Source: a virus
Taxonomy: Duplodnaviria > Caudoviricetes
Virus record (IMG/VR): IMGVR_UViG_3300049926_000039
Coordinates: 5,804 to 69,803 of that record
Direction: 5' to 3' (one strand)
DNA length: 64,000 bases
Shown one piece after another: positions 18,405 to 28,396 of the stretch. Both the position numbers and the translations under genes were made by a program. Below the pieces are notes generated by a model. That model did not search any database and was not told the DNA's origin. It was given only the letters and a program-made list of their open reading frames with translations. The first letter of the stretch is position 1. Each line of letters begins with the position of its first letter.

Positions 18405-18809
18405 GTGGCATCGACCAGTAAGAGCAAGGCGAACGATCAGGAGCTGGTCGAGCTGCAGCGCGCACTCGTCACCAGCCCGACGGTGGGGATTCCCGTCGCC
18501 GACGAGGAGACAGTGAAGACCTTCCACTCCCGGCGTGCGGAGCAGCGCGAGGCGTACGGCCAGTTCGTGGCCAACTCCGACATCTACCCGCCGGACGGGA
18601 CGGTGCTGGTGTTCACGAAGGGCACTCCGGTCCCGGTGGAGCACGTCGAGAAGTGGGACCTGGAGACGGCCGGCGTGGTGGACCGGGTCGCCACGCCCGA
18701 GGAGGCACGTCGGGCGGGCCCGACCGCGAACGGACCCGCGACGGCGCTGCTCACCGACGAGAACGTCGGCGGAACCAGCCCGCAGGCCAGCAGCACCGAG
18801 AAGAAGTAA
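18405..18809 (+). CDS. hypothetical protein
   Basis: 134 aa, RBS GGAAGG. Confidence 0.6.
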   Translation: MASTSKSKANDQELVELQRALVTSPTVGIPVADEETVKTFHSRRAEQREAYGQFVANSDIYPPDGTVLVFTKGTPVPVEHVEKWDLETAGVVDRVATPEEARRAGPTANGPATALLTDENVGGTSPQASSTEKK

Positions 18810-18821
18810 GGGAGCGCCGTC

Positions 18822-19406
18822 GTGCCGACCGTTGCAACACCCAACATCATGACCGACCCGGGGTTCCTGTACCTGGCGCCGGCCGCTACCGCGTTCCCTG
18901 CGGGCGTCGTCTCGGGCTCGAAGTTCACGGACTCGCCGTCGGCGACGTTCGTGGAGGTCGGCGCGACCGAGGACGGCTCCAAGTTCAAGTACGCCCCGTC
19001 GATCGAGGCGATCAGCGTTGCCGAGTTCCTCGACCCGATCAAGTGGCGCACCGTGTCCCGCGAGGGCTCGATGTCGTTCAACCTGGCCGACTACACGATG
19101 ATGAACCTGAAGCGGGCCATGAACGGTGGCACGCTGTCGACGGTATCGGGGGCGGGCGCAACGCTGCTGACGAAGTTCGTCCCGCCGGTGCTGAACGCAG
19201 AGACCCGGCAGGCGCTCATGTGGGAGTCGGGTGACTCCACCATGCGGATCTTCTTCTATCAGACGATCAACGTGGCGGACGTCGAGTCGGCGTTCGCGAA
19301 GGCCCCGGCGTTCGCGGTGTACCCGTGCGAGTTCCGCATGGAGGTCGACGCGTCCGGCAACACGTTCGAGGTCTACTCGGCCGGTACCGCACGGCTCGGT
19401 CTGTGA
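18822..19406 (+). CDS. major tail protein
   Basis: EVGATEDGSKFKY...VAEFLDPI tail-tube-like motifs, synteny. Confidence 0.8.
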   Translation: MPTVATPNIMTDPGFLYLAPAATAFPAGVVSGSKFTDSPSATFVEVGATEDGSKFKYAPSIEAISVAEFLDPIKWRTVSREGSMSFNLADYTMMNLKRAMNGGTLSTVSGAGATLLTKFVPPVLNAETRQALMWESGDSTMRIFFYQTINVADVESAFAKAPAFAVYPCEFRMEVDASGNTFEVYSAGTARLGL

Positions 19407-20110
19407 TGTCGGGCCGCAGCAGAGGCTCCCGGGGGCGGGGTGGTCAGCAGCCCCCGGACCGGGAGCGGATGCGGCAGGCGTACGTGCGCGACCCCCGGAC
19501 GGTGGAAGGCGAGATCGTGCGGGGGTCGGCCATGGACCTCGGCGATCTCGGCGGGGCGGCGGTCGATCCGGTCATCGCCACGTTCACGTACTTCGGACGG
19601 CAGTTCCGGGTGAATCCGGACCTGACCGAGACGACGATCATCGACCTGTTCGAGGAGGCGGCGAAGGTGCAGATGCCTGCCGACCCCAAGGACATGAAGC
19701 CCGAACAGGCGCTCGCCAACATGGAGCAGTCGAAGGGCTATGTGCGCGAGCACATCCACCCGGACGATTTCGACGACCTGTGGTCGACGGCCCGCGCCAA
19801 CCGGCAGGGCATGCAGGCGCTCATGGAGTTGTGCTGGAAGATCCTTGAGCTGATCTCGGAGCGCCCTACCTCGCCGCCCTCCGACTCCTCGGCTGGGCGG
19901 CCGGACATCAGGCAGAACTCGCCGGCTGGTGCATCCAGTCCGGACGTCGCCGATCCGACCGGGGCCGAGTGGTGGCCGGACGGCGTGCCGTTCAGCCCGG
20001 TCGCGGCGAAGGTAGTCGACCGGTTCCAGCAGCGGGGGCGGCCGGACCTGGCGAATCAGATCATGATCGCGCAGGAGGCTCGCGCGGCGTCGGCCGGGCG
20101 TACGGGCTGA
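19406..20110 (+). CDS. tail assembly chaperone
   Basis: between tail tube and TMP; RPTSPPSDSS signature. Confidence 0.7.
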   Translation: MSGRSRGSRGRGGQQPPDRERMRQAYVRDPRTVEGEIVRGSAMDLGDLGGAAVDPVIATFTYFGRQFRVNPDLTETTIIDLFEEAAKVQMPADPKDMKPEQALANMEQSKGYVREHIHPDDFDDLWSTARANRQGMQALMELCWKILELISERPTSPPSDSSAGRPDIRQNSPAGASSPDVADPTGAEWWPDGVPFSPVAAKVVDRFQQRGRPDLANQIMIAQEARAASAGRTG

Positions 20111-20358
20111 CGTTCGCCGAGATCTGCGACGTGTCGTACCTGTTGCAGGTGCGGGCAATCGAGCGGGAGGCGCTGGCCATCCAGGCTCAGGCCCCGTTCG
20201 TGGACGAGGGGGTGCAATTGCCCACGGTGGCTGAAGCGTTGGCCGAATTCGACGCGTGGCTGATCTCGCCTCCGCCGGACGACCGGTCGGTGGCACCGGA
20301 GGACATCGAACGGGCCGAGCAGTACGAGGCGATGGGCGTGCGGAGGAGGCGAGACTAG
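20107..20358 (+). CDS. second tail-chaperone segment (frameshift product or non-canonical start)
   Basis: LTFAEICDVSYLL... open frame at -1 relative to upstream gene, ends adjacent to TMP ATG; no ATG/GTG start near it. Confidence 0.5.
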   Translation: MTFAEICDVSYLLQVRAIEREALAIQAQAPFVDEGVQLPTVAEALAEFDAWLISPPPDDRSVAPEDIERAEQYEAMGVRRRRD

Positions 20359-23300
20359 ATGGCGACCACGCTGGCGACAGCCTCCCTGCTCGTCTACGCC
20401 GACATGAGCAAGGTCCGGGGGCAGATCACCTCGGGTACGAAGAGCGCAGCGGAACGGGCTGGCACATCGTCGGGTGCGGCGTTCGGGGACAAGTTCACCG
20501 GCAGTGTCCGCAGCTTCTCGGGCCGGGCGGCGTCCACCGTCGGCGCCCTGACCTCGGCCGTGACGGGAGTCGGACTGGCAGGGCTGGTCACGTTCGGACT
20601 GAAGTCCGCGGCCAGCCTGGAACAGGCTCAGATCGGGTTCGAGACGCTGCTCGGGTCGGGCAAGAAGGCGTCGGTGTTCCTAGCCGGTCTGCAGAAGTTC
20701 GCCGCACAGACCCCCTTCGAGCTGCCCGGCCTGATCGACGCGTCGAGGACCCTGCTCGGAGTGGGGCTGAGCGCGAACAAGGTCATGCCGCTGCTCAGGG
20801 CGTTCGGTGACACCGCCGGTGCGGTAGGCATCGGGCAGGAAGCATTCCAGCGCATCATGATCGCCACATCGCAGTCGATCAGCGCGGGCCGGTTTTCGCT
20901 GCAAGACCTGAATCAGATCATGACCAACGGCATCCCGATCTACACGATCCTGTCCAAGGCGCTCGGCAAGCCGGTCCCCGAGATCCGCAAGATGGCCACC
21001 GCCGGGAAACTGCTCGCCAGCGACGTGCTCCCGCTACTGCAGCGGGAGATGGAGAAGGACTACGGCGGGGCGATGGCCCGTCAGTCGCAGACCCTCGCGG
21101 GCGTCTGGTCGACGCTGAAAGACACGGTGGCGATCGGGCTGGCCAGTGCGCTGAAGCCGCTCGTCCCACTGCTCTCGGACTTCATCCCCAAGGCTGCGGC
21201 GGCGGCAGGGTCGGCGCTGACTACGGCGAGCGCGGCCATGGTATCGATACTCGCCGCATTCAGGACAGGGCAGGTGACCTCTAGCGGATTCCTCGGAGGT
21301 ATCCAGTCTCTGACGGTCGCCTTCCACGCGGCGCTGCCGACCATCCGCGAAGTCGGCGGAGCCATCCTGTCCGGGCTCGGCACGGCGCTGAGTTTCGTCG
21401 TTCCCCTCGTGGCGGACATCGTCGGATGGATGACCAGGCACCGCACCGCGACCGCGGCTCTGGCGATCACGTTGCTATCACTGGTCGCCACATACAAAGC
21501 GATCTCGATCGGGCTGGCGATTCAAAAGGCCGGCTTGGTCGCGTATCTCGGGCTGACGAATGCGGTCAAGGTCGCAACGGTGGCGTGGACGGCCGTCCAA
21601 TGGTTGGCCAATGGGGCGCTGGGTGCCACGAAGGCCGTATTAGCGTTCAACTTCGCGGCGTGGGTGAGTTCGACTGCGGCCGTCGTCGCGAACACCGCCG
21701 CCCTAGTCGCTCAGCGGATCGCATCCTTCGCGGTCGCTGCCGCAACGAAGGTGTGGGCGGCGGGGCAGTGGCTGCTCAACGTGGCGCTGACCGCCAACCC
21801 GATCGGCATCGTCATCGTCGCCATCGCTGCCCTGGTCGCGGCGGTCATCATCGCGTGGCGTAACTCGGAGACGTTCCGCCGGGTCGTCACTGCGGCGTGG
21901 GTCGGCATCCAGACCGTAGTCCGCGCCGTTGTCGGATGGTTCACCTCGAGCGTGCTGCCCGTGCTGCGTGCCGTGTGGGACGGGATCGCGGCCGCGGCAA
22001 ACCGAATGTGGGTAGTCACCATCCGTCCGGTGTTGAACGCCCTGGTCGCGTTCGCCCGCGGTGTGGTCGCCCCCGTCGCCCTATGGCTGTGGCACAACGT
22101 CTTCCAGCCTGCGTTCACCGCCATCGGATGGGTGGTCAAGGCGGGCATCGCCGTCGCGCAACTGGCCATCGCCGTCTACGTCGCGTACCTGCGCAACGTG
22201 GTCGCACCGGTCGCGAAGTGGCTGTGGCACAACGTCATCTCGCCGGTGTTCAACGGGATCGCCTCCGTCATCCGTACCCACATCGCCGCCGCACGGGCCA
22301 TCCTGTCCGGGCTGATCGCGTTCTTCCGAGGCCCGGTCGCCACGGTGGTCACTTGGCTCTACCGCAATGTCTTCCTGCCGAATTTCAACGCCATCCGGTC
22401 GGTCATCTCCGGGGCGTGGAACTTCATCCGGCCGATCCTGACCTCCCTCGGCAACTTCGTGAAGGGTGTGCTCGTCGCGAACTTCCGGACCGGAGTCGAG
22501 GCGATCAAGGCCATCTGGAAGGGCATCCAAGCCGCCGCGAGGGCACCCGTCGTGTTCGTCGTGCGGCAGGTCATCAACCCGTTGATCGGCGGGTTCAACC
22601 GGGTGGCGAAGGTGTTTGGCACCTCCCAGATCTCTCCGATCGGCGGGTTCGCCGAGGGTGGGCGGATCCCGGGGGCGCCGAGCTCCCGTGACAACCGGCT
22701 CGGCAGCCTCGTCGGCAGGGGCGGGAAGCTCCTCGGCCCGATCAAGGTCGCTACCGGTGAGTTCATCGTCAACGCCCGGGACACCGCCAAAGCCTTACCG
22801 GTGCTGCGCTGGATCAACGACGGCATGCGCGGTGGGCCGATGGAGGTCGCCCGCCGAATCGGCCGCCCGCTCATGGACACTCCTGGCGACGGGTCGGAGG
22901 GCTGGGGGTTCGCGAAAGGCGGGCTGGTCGGCTTCCTGTCCGACGTGTGGGGGGCGGTCACGAACCCCGGCAAACTGATCAAGGCGCCGCTGGAGGCGAT
23001 GGTCAAGAAGATCCCGGGCGCGGGGCTCCTGCGGGACGTGCTCGTCGGCATGGGCCGCAAGCTGATCTCGGGGCTGACCGGCTTCCTCACCGGCGGGGGC
23101 GGGGCGGGAGCGGCCGGCAACGTCGGCGGGACGATGGCGTTCCTCCGGGCGCAGGCGGGCAAGCCGTACATATGGGCCAGCGCGGGACCAACCGGGTACG
23201 ACTGCTCTGGCATCGTCAGCGCGGCATATAATATGCTTCACGGCAAACGTCCGTATTCGCACACGTTCTCCACCGAGGGGCTCCCGGGGAGGTGGTTCCG

Positions 23301-23778
23301 CGAAGGCAACATGTCTGGCCCGCTGATCGCCGGATGGTCGCACCCGGGCCAGTCGCCGGCGTCGTCGGGCACCGGGCATATGGCCGGGAACCTCGCCGGG
23401 ATGGCGTTCGAGTCCCGGGGGTCCCGGGGCGTGGTGGTCGGTCCGCAGGCCCGGTCGATCGGGGTGTTCGCGCACCGTGGCAGCGCGATGGCCGACGGCG
23501 GGCTGGTGCGGGTGTCCAAGGCCGCGATGGCGGACGGTGGACGGGTCACCCTGGATCGCGGATGGAACCTGGTCGGGAACGGCACCGGACGATCCGAGCA
23601 CCTGTCGACCGGCGGGGGTTCGGATCAGGTCGTCGCCGTGCTGGGCGCGATCCTCGACGCGGTCCGCCGCAACCCTGCGGCCATCGCCGACGGGGTCGGG
23701 CGCCACGTCGCTGCGTCCGCCGGGCGGGCGGACATCTCGCTGGGCGTCCGGGCCGGGCTGTACGGGAGGACCGCCTGA
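20359..23778 (+). CDS. tape measure protein with C-terminal NlpC/P60-like domain
   Basis: 1139 aa, LEQAQIGFETLLG/FAAQTPFE tape domain, Trp repeats, GKPYIWASAGPTGYDCSG...GHMA. Confidence 0.92.
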   Translation: MATTLATASLLVYADMSKVRGQITSGTKSAAERAGTSSGAAFGDKFTGSVRSFSGRAASTVGALTSAVTGVGLAGLVTFGLKSAASLEQAQIGFETLLGSGKKASVFLAGLQKFAAQTPFELPGLIDASRTLLGVGLSANKVMPLLRAFGDTAGAVGIGQEAFQRIMIATSQSISAGRFSLQDLNQIMTNGIPIYTILSKALGKPVPEIRKMATAGKLLASDVLPLLQREMEKDYGGAMARQSQTLAGVWSTLKDTVAIGLASALKPLVPLLSDFIPKAAAAAGSALTTASAAMVSILAAFRTGQVTSSGFLGGIQSLTVAFHAALPTIREVGGAILSGLGTALSFVVPLVADIVGWMTRHRTATAALAITLLSLVATYKAISIGLAIQKAGLVAYLGLTNAVKVATVAWTAVQWLANGALGATKAVLAFNFAAWVSSTAAVVANTAALVAQRIASFAVAAATKVWAAGQWLLNVALTANPIGIVIVAIAALVAAVIIAWRNSETFRRVVTAAWVGIQTVVRAVVGWFTSSVLPVLRAVWDGIAAAANRMWVVTIRPVLNALVAFARGVVAPVALWLWHNVFQPAFTAIGWVVKAGIAVAQLAIAVYVAYLRNVVAPVAKWLWHNVISPVFNGIASVIRTHIAAARAILSGLIAFFRGPVATVVTWLYRNVFLPNFNAIRSVISGAWNFIRPILTSLGNFVKGVLVANFRTGVEAIKAIWKGIQAAARAPVVFVVRQVINPLIGGFNRVAKVFGTSQISPIGGFAEGGRIPGAPSSRDNRLGSLVGRGGKLLGPIKVATGEFIVNARDTAKALPVLRWINDGMRGGPMEVARRIGRPLMDTPGDGSEGWGFAKGGLVGFLSDVWGAVTNPGKLIKAPLEAMVKKIPGAGLLRDVLVGMGRKLISGLTGFLTGGGGAGAAGNVGGTMAFLRAQAGKPYIWASAGPTGYDCSGIVSAAYNMLHGKRPYSHTFSTEGLPGRWFREGNMSGPLIAGWSHPGQSPASSGTGHMAGNLAGMAFESRGSRGVVVGPQARSIGVFAHRGSAMADGGLVRVSKAAMADGGRVTLDRGWNLVGNGTGRSEHLSTGGGSDQVVAVLGAILDAVRRNPAAIADGVGRHVAASAGRADISLGVRAGLYGRTA

Positions 23779-25208
23779 TGTACACGTGGCAGTTCGTCGA
23801 CTCCATCGCCTCATCCCCGACGGTCCGGCTCGACCTCAACACGTTGACCGCGGGCATCTTCGTCACCGAGCAGCCGGAACTGTCCCCGCCGGAACTGCGA
23901 CGTGTGGTGTCGGCGTCGATGCTGGCTGACGGGGAGAAGATCCCCGCGGCGGCGTTCGCCAACCGCACGATCAAGCTTCCGCTCTACGTGTCCCGGTCGA
24001 CGGCCGACCTGCAGGCGACCGTGTTGCAGAACCTCGCCCGGGAGTTGGCCCGGCAGCCCGGCAACATCCTGCGGGTCCAACTCGGCACGACCAACCCGAT
24101 ATTCTTCCGCACCTTCCCCGCGCCGGACGCCACCTACCAGATCTCGATGGCTCTACTGCCTCAGGAGGGCCGGGTCACGCTAGAGATCCCGTGCGAACCG
24201 TTCGGGTACGGGCTCGAAGAGGTACTGACCCCCGTCACGGTGGCTAACAACCCGGCGTCGGCGAACGGTCTGTTCCTCGACATCACCAGCCCGAAGGGCG
24301 ACGTGGAGACCCCGCTGTACTTGACCGTCGCCAACGGGGTCGTCGGCACCGGACGCCGCCGGTCCGCCCTCGCCGTCCGCCGGCGGGGCACCGTATCGGC
24401 GGTCCCACTGTTCCTGCAGGCCGAAGCGATGACCCTCGCCTCGAACGTGACCCTGCCCGGCGCGGACGCGCTGATGTCCGGGGGTGGCAGCAGCTACGCC
24501 CGGATCGCGTACACCGGCACCACCAACGTGGTGGGACGGCTGACCATCGCCAAACACCCGAGCTCGGCCAGCACCGACGCCCGGGGCACGTACCGGGTGT
24601 ACGCCCGGGTCCGGCAGTCCGTCGGCACGGACGTGCACCAGATGCGGATCGTCTGGGGCGGTACCGACGTGCAGGTCACCAACGACACCGTGACCCTCCC
24701 GACTGACGTGGGAGCAGGCGCCCCCACTATCAAGATGATCGACCTGGGGCTGATCCAGATCCCGGTCGGGTTCGACCCGCTCGAACGCGGCATGTCGGGG
24801 GTGGAGGTCGCCACCGAGGGCGTGTTCCTGTCGCTGCAGTCGGGCCGGACATCCGGCACGGGAACCCTCGACGTCGACTATCTGATGTTCCTGCCCGCCG
24901 ACGACAAGGTGGAACTCATCATGTGGCCCGCTACGGCGACCGTCACCGACTTCATCGTGGCGGGCGGCCCGTCGCCGAGCGTGTACGCCCGCAACGCCAG
25001 CGCGCAGATCACCTCGACACAGGCCGTGGAGATCGCCGGTACCGGTCTGATGATTACACCGAACCGCACGAACCGGGTGTTCTTCCATCGCGACGTCGGC
25101 ACGGGGACCGCACTCACCGGATCGGGGGACACCCTGTCCGCGACCACCTCGTTGACGCCGAGCTACTTCCCGCGCTACCTCTTCCCGCTCAAGCCGGTGA
25201 GCACGTGA
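23778..25208 (+). CDS. minor tail (distal tail-like) protein
   Basis: follows TMP, 476 aa, beta-rich. Confidence 0.7.
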   Translation: MYTWQFVDSIASSPTVRLDLNTLTAGIFVTEQPELSPPELRRVVSASMLADGEKIPAAAFANRTIKLPLYVSRSTADLQATVLQNLARELARQPGNILRVQLGTTNPIFFRTFPAPDATYQISMALLPQEGRVTLEIPCEPFGYGLEEVLTPVTVANNPASANGLFLDITSPKGDVETPLYLTVANGVVGTGRRRSALAVRRRGTVSAVPLFLQAEAMTLASNVTLPGADALMSGGGSSYARIAYTGTTNVVGRLTIAKHPSSASTDARGTYRVYARVRQSVGTDVHQMRIVWGGTDVQVTNDTVTLPTDVGAGAPTIKMIDLGLIQIPVGFDPLERGMSGVEVATEGVFLSLQSGRTSGTGTLDVDYLMFLPADDKVELIMWPATATVTDFIVAGGPSPSVYARNASAQITSTQAVEIAGTGLMITPNRTNRVFFHRDVGTGTALTGSGDTLSATTSLTPSYFPRYLFPLKPVST

Positions 25209-25302
25209 GGGCGACCCGGCGCCCACGCGCCCATCTCTCGCGGGAACGGCAACCACTGTGCTCAGGCGGTTTCGCCGGGTCGCACGATCAGGGTAGCGGT
25301 CG

Positions 25303-26940
25303 ATGACCATCCCCGTGCCCCTGTCGGTGCGGCTCCGCACCGACCTGCAGGACATCCACATCACCGACGACATCGCGGACCTGTCGTTCGGCAACGCCTC
25401 CCCGGGCGGGTACACCGAATGCACGACGTCACTGTTCCGGCCGATCTCGTTCACGCCGGGGGAGGTGGCGCAGTTCGGGCGGATGTACGTGTACGACGGC
25501 ACCAACGGGAACGTCGTGTGGGAAGGGATCATGCAGGACCCCGGGCGTAGTTCGGGGCAGGGCGGGGACACGTTCGAACTGGCCGCGGTCGGCGGGTCCA
25601 CCTGCCTGCAAGACGACACCCGGCAGCTCTACTACGTCGACACCGACTTCAACCACTTCATAAAGATCGACAACACGACGGCGGCCAGCCAGATCGACCA
25701 GATCTCCGACGTGAACCTGGCTGGGGACTCGGTCATGCAGTTGCGGATCCCGCAGGGCACCGCCGTGGACGGCGCGATCCCGTCGTTGTGCGTGTCCGGG
25801 CACGTCGGGATCGCTGAGGCGGGGCAGAAATTGGCCCGGGTGTCGTTCGACTGGGACACGGGACTGACCGCCGCAACCCTGACCTCGGCCCTGTACGCGG
25901 CGACCACAGGTGTGGGCGCCGCTGACGTGGCATGGTCCGCCACGTTCAACTCGGCCGGTGGAACCATCTCCCGGGTAGTCGGCACCGACTGGACGAACGG
26001 CCGGAACCGGCCCATCATCCGGTTCCACTACACCGGCGCGGCGGGCAACGTCAGCGCCGACACGTGGTGGCTGCAAATCTCCAACCTCGTCGTCCGGACC
26101 ATGCTGTACCTGCGCGACGGCACCGAACGGACCTCCCCGTACTCCACCGACACCCTGCTCGCCTCGGAGGTCGTCGCGGACCTGCTCGGCCGTATCCTAG
26201 GCGCGCAGATCGACGGCGCCAACGCCACCATCGCAGTGACGACCTACCTGATCGAACACCTCGTCTACCCGGACGGGGTCAACCCCGCGCAGGTGCTCGA
26301 CGACATGATCGCGTTCGAGCGGGCGTACACCTATCACGTGTGGGACTCCAACCCGAACAACGACCTGTTCCGGTTCGAGTGGGTCCCGTGGCCCTCGGTG
26401 ATCCGGTATGAGGCGGACGTCCTCGACGGGTTCTCCGCCCCCGCATCGGGGAACACCATCTACGACCGGGTCATGGTGCGCTGGCACAACCGGGGCGTCA
26501 CGCACGTGTCGCTGCGTACGCAGGTCGTGCCCGCCCTGGTCGCGGCGGGCTACTCCCGGACCGCGTACATCGACCTCGGCGACGAGGCGTCCACAGCGAC
26601 CAACGCGCACCAGGTCGGAGATCAGTTCCTGGCCGAGCATCAGTACCCGGTCAACGCCGGACGGCTGACGATCACCGGCCCGATCGTCGACTACCTGTAC
26701 GGCCGGATGGTCAACCCGTGGGAGATCCGGGCGGGGTCGTTGATCCGGGTGCGGGGAGTCGCGGCGTACACCGACAGTCTGAACAGCAACGGCCGGGACG
26801 GGCTGACCGTGTTCAAGGTCGCAGCCGTGTCGTACTCGGCCAGCGAATCGGCGGCGACGCTGGATCTCGACTCGTACGCCCCGTCCCTGGCCCGCGCCGT
26901 CGCTAAGATCGCTTCGCGCCCGTTCGTCCGGCGCCGATAG
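25303..26940 (+). CDS. minor tail (hub/Tal-like) protein
   Basis: 545 aa, LSFGNASPGGY...VVWEG pattern. Confidence 0.7.
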   Translation: MTIPVPLSVRLRTDLQDIHITDDIADLSFGNASPGGYTECTTSLFRPISFTPGEVAQFGRMYVYDGTNGNVVWEGIMQDPGRSSGQGGDTFELAAVGGSTCLQDDTRQLYYVDTDFNHFIKIDNTTAASQIDQISDVNLAGDSVMQLRIPQGTAVDGAIPSLCVSGHVGIAEAGQKLARVSFDWDTGLTAATLTSALYAATTGVGAADVAWSATFNSAGGTISRVVGTDWTNGRNRPIIRFHYTGAAGNVSADTWWLQISNLVVRTMLYLRDGTERTSPYSTDTLLASEVVADLLGRILGAQIDGANATIAVTTYLIEHLVYPDGVNPAQVLDDMIAFERAYTYHVWDSNPNNDLFRFEWVPWPSVIRYEADVLDGFSAPASGNTIYDRVMVRWHNRGVTHVSLRTQVVPALVAAGYSRTAYIDLGDEASTATNAHQVGDQFLAEHQYPVNAGRLTITGPIVDYLYGRMVNPWEIRAGSLIRVRGVAAYTDSLNSNGRDGLTVFKVAAVSYSASESAATLDLDSYAPSLARAVAKIASRPFVRRR

Positions 26941-26948
26941 GAGGCGTC

Positions 26949-27377
26949 ATGCCACTGGATCTCGGCACCCCTACCACCCTGTATTTCGTCGCGGACGAGA
27001 ACACCCCTCAGACGCTGCTCGCGTTCCGGGGGCACACCGTGGGGTTGACGGCGGCGCAGTTCGCGGCGCTGCCACCGGGCCCGGCCATCGACACGGTCAC
27101 CTACCAGGGCACTGTCCTGCCCGGGTTCCAGCGTCCCGCCGCCGGCGGGGTCGGCGTCGAATGGGTGATCACCGCGCCGACCGACCCCGACGACGCGATG
27201 CTCGCGGCGCTGCCCGGAGGGCTGGGGTGGGCGGTTCCAGCATCCCGGGATACCTGGACGGCGGCGGACCGGGCGCTGAGGAAGGCCGGGCTGCCGCCCA
27301 ACGCGATCCGGACCCGGTTCCCACTGCTGTACGACGCCGCCGTGGACAACTACAAGGCGCAGCACGGTATCCCGTGA
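26949..27377 (+). CDS. hypothetical tail-associated protein
   Basis: 142 aa, RBS GGAGG. Confidence 0.55.
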   Translation: MPLDLGTPTTLYFVADENTPQTLLAFRGHTVGLTAAQFAALPPGPAIDTVTYQGTVLPGFQRPAAGGVGVEWVITAPTDPDDAMLAALPGGLGWAVPASRDTWTAADRALRKAGLPPNAIRTRFPLLYDAAVDNYKAQHGIP

Positions 27378-27394
27378 CGGAGGAGAATCGACCC

Positions 27395-27970
27395 ATGACG
27401 ATCGATCCACAACCAGGGGACGTCGGGTTCGCCACCATCGCGGGGATGGGCGGCGAGGTCCCGTACTGGGGTCAGACCCTGCTACGCGACGCCTGTCGGT
27501 TCGATCACGTGTTCTGGGTGGTCAACGCGCTGGACGATCCGCTGTTTCCGGACGGCCGGATCGTGCAGGCCATGCCGCGCGGTGCCGAGTTCCGGCCGCT
27601 GCGTCCCCGGGTCGCCCCCGGGTTCGCATACGCGTCGGTCCCACTGCTCGACGCTCAGCGGGAGATGGTTCCGGCCATCGCTACGGGGTTCGTGGTAGCA
27701 CGGGGCGGGCGCGGAATCGGGTACTCGTTCCTGTCGTACCCGGCGCTCGCCGCGATCCAGTGGCACATCCCGATCCCGCACCTGAAGGCGTACATCGCCA
27801 ACCGCGGCCGCCTCATGTGCAGCCAGCTTTGCGACGAAGGGCTCCGCAGGGTCGGGTATCACTGCTTTGACGACGGTCGCTGGAACCTCGACGTCACTCC
27901 CGGGGACCTTTACTACCAGCTCGATCCGCGAGTCATTCAGCCCGCGCCGCCCAGCGTGGACGGCGCGTAG
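27395..27970 (+). CDS. permuted papain-like NlpC/P60 (YiiX/YebB-like) hydrolase, candidate lysin
   Basis: PGDVGF, FDHVF (His) before MCSQLCD (Cys), VTPGDL; adjacent to holin. Confidence 0.7.
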   Translation: MTIDPQPGDVGFATIAGMGGEVPYWGQTLLRDACRFDHVFWVVNALDDPLFPDGRIVQAMPRGAEFRPLRPRVAPGFAYASVPLLDAQREMVPAIATGFVVARGGRGIGYSFLSYPALAAIQWHIPIPHLKAYIANRGRLMCSQLCDEGLRRVGYHCFDDGRWNLDVTPGDLYYQLDPRVIQPAPPSVDGA

Positions 27971-27987
27971 AGATCGGAGATCTCATC

Positions 27988-28335
27988 ATGCGAATCCAAC
28001 GTGAACCCGCCGTACTCCTGACCCTGGTCGCCACCGGCGTCCGGTTCCTGTCCGCGTTCGTCTTCCACCTCAGCGACACGCAGCAGGGATGGATCAACGC
28101 GGCCGCCGCAGCGGCCGCCGGCCTGGTCGTAGCGGTATGGGTCCGCCGCGAGGGCCAGCTACCCGCAATCCTCGGCTTCGTGTCGGCCCTGCTCGCGCTG
28201 GGCGTGGCGTTCGGGCTGCACCTCGATGCCGAGCACCAGGCGGTCATCATGTCGTTCGTCGGTGGCGTAGTGGCCCTGTTCATCCGTACGCAGGTGGTGG
28301 CGCCGGTCCCGCCGAACGGCCCGGTCGTGGCCTGA
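27988..28335 (+). CDS. holin
   Basis: MRIQREPAV, four TM helices, IRTQVVAP C-terminus typical of actinophage holins. Confidence 0.75.
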   Translation: MRIQREPAVLLTLVATGVRFLSAFVFHLSDTQQGWINAAAAAAAGLVVAVWVRREGQLPAILGFVSALLALGVAFGLHLDAEHQAVIMSFVGGVVALFIRTQVVAPVPPNGPVVA

Positions 28336-28340
28336 GCGCA

Positions 28341-28385
28341 GACAAGAGCGGCCGCCCTTGATCGGGGGCGGTCGCTCTTTCTGTC
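28341..28385. terminator. bidirectional intrinsic terminator
   Basis: GACAAGAGCGGCCGCCCT-loop-GGGGGCGGTCGCTCTTTCTGTC imperfect inverted repeat between convergent operons. Confidence 0.75.
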
Positions 28386-28396
28386 GTACCGGCAGG

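Noticed and set aside
19969-20110. Canonical slippery heptamer for the tail-chaperone frameshift
   Set aside because: No XXXYYYZ site is visible in the overlap; only a CGGGGG run, which is insufficient to call.
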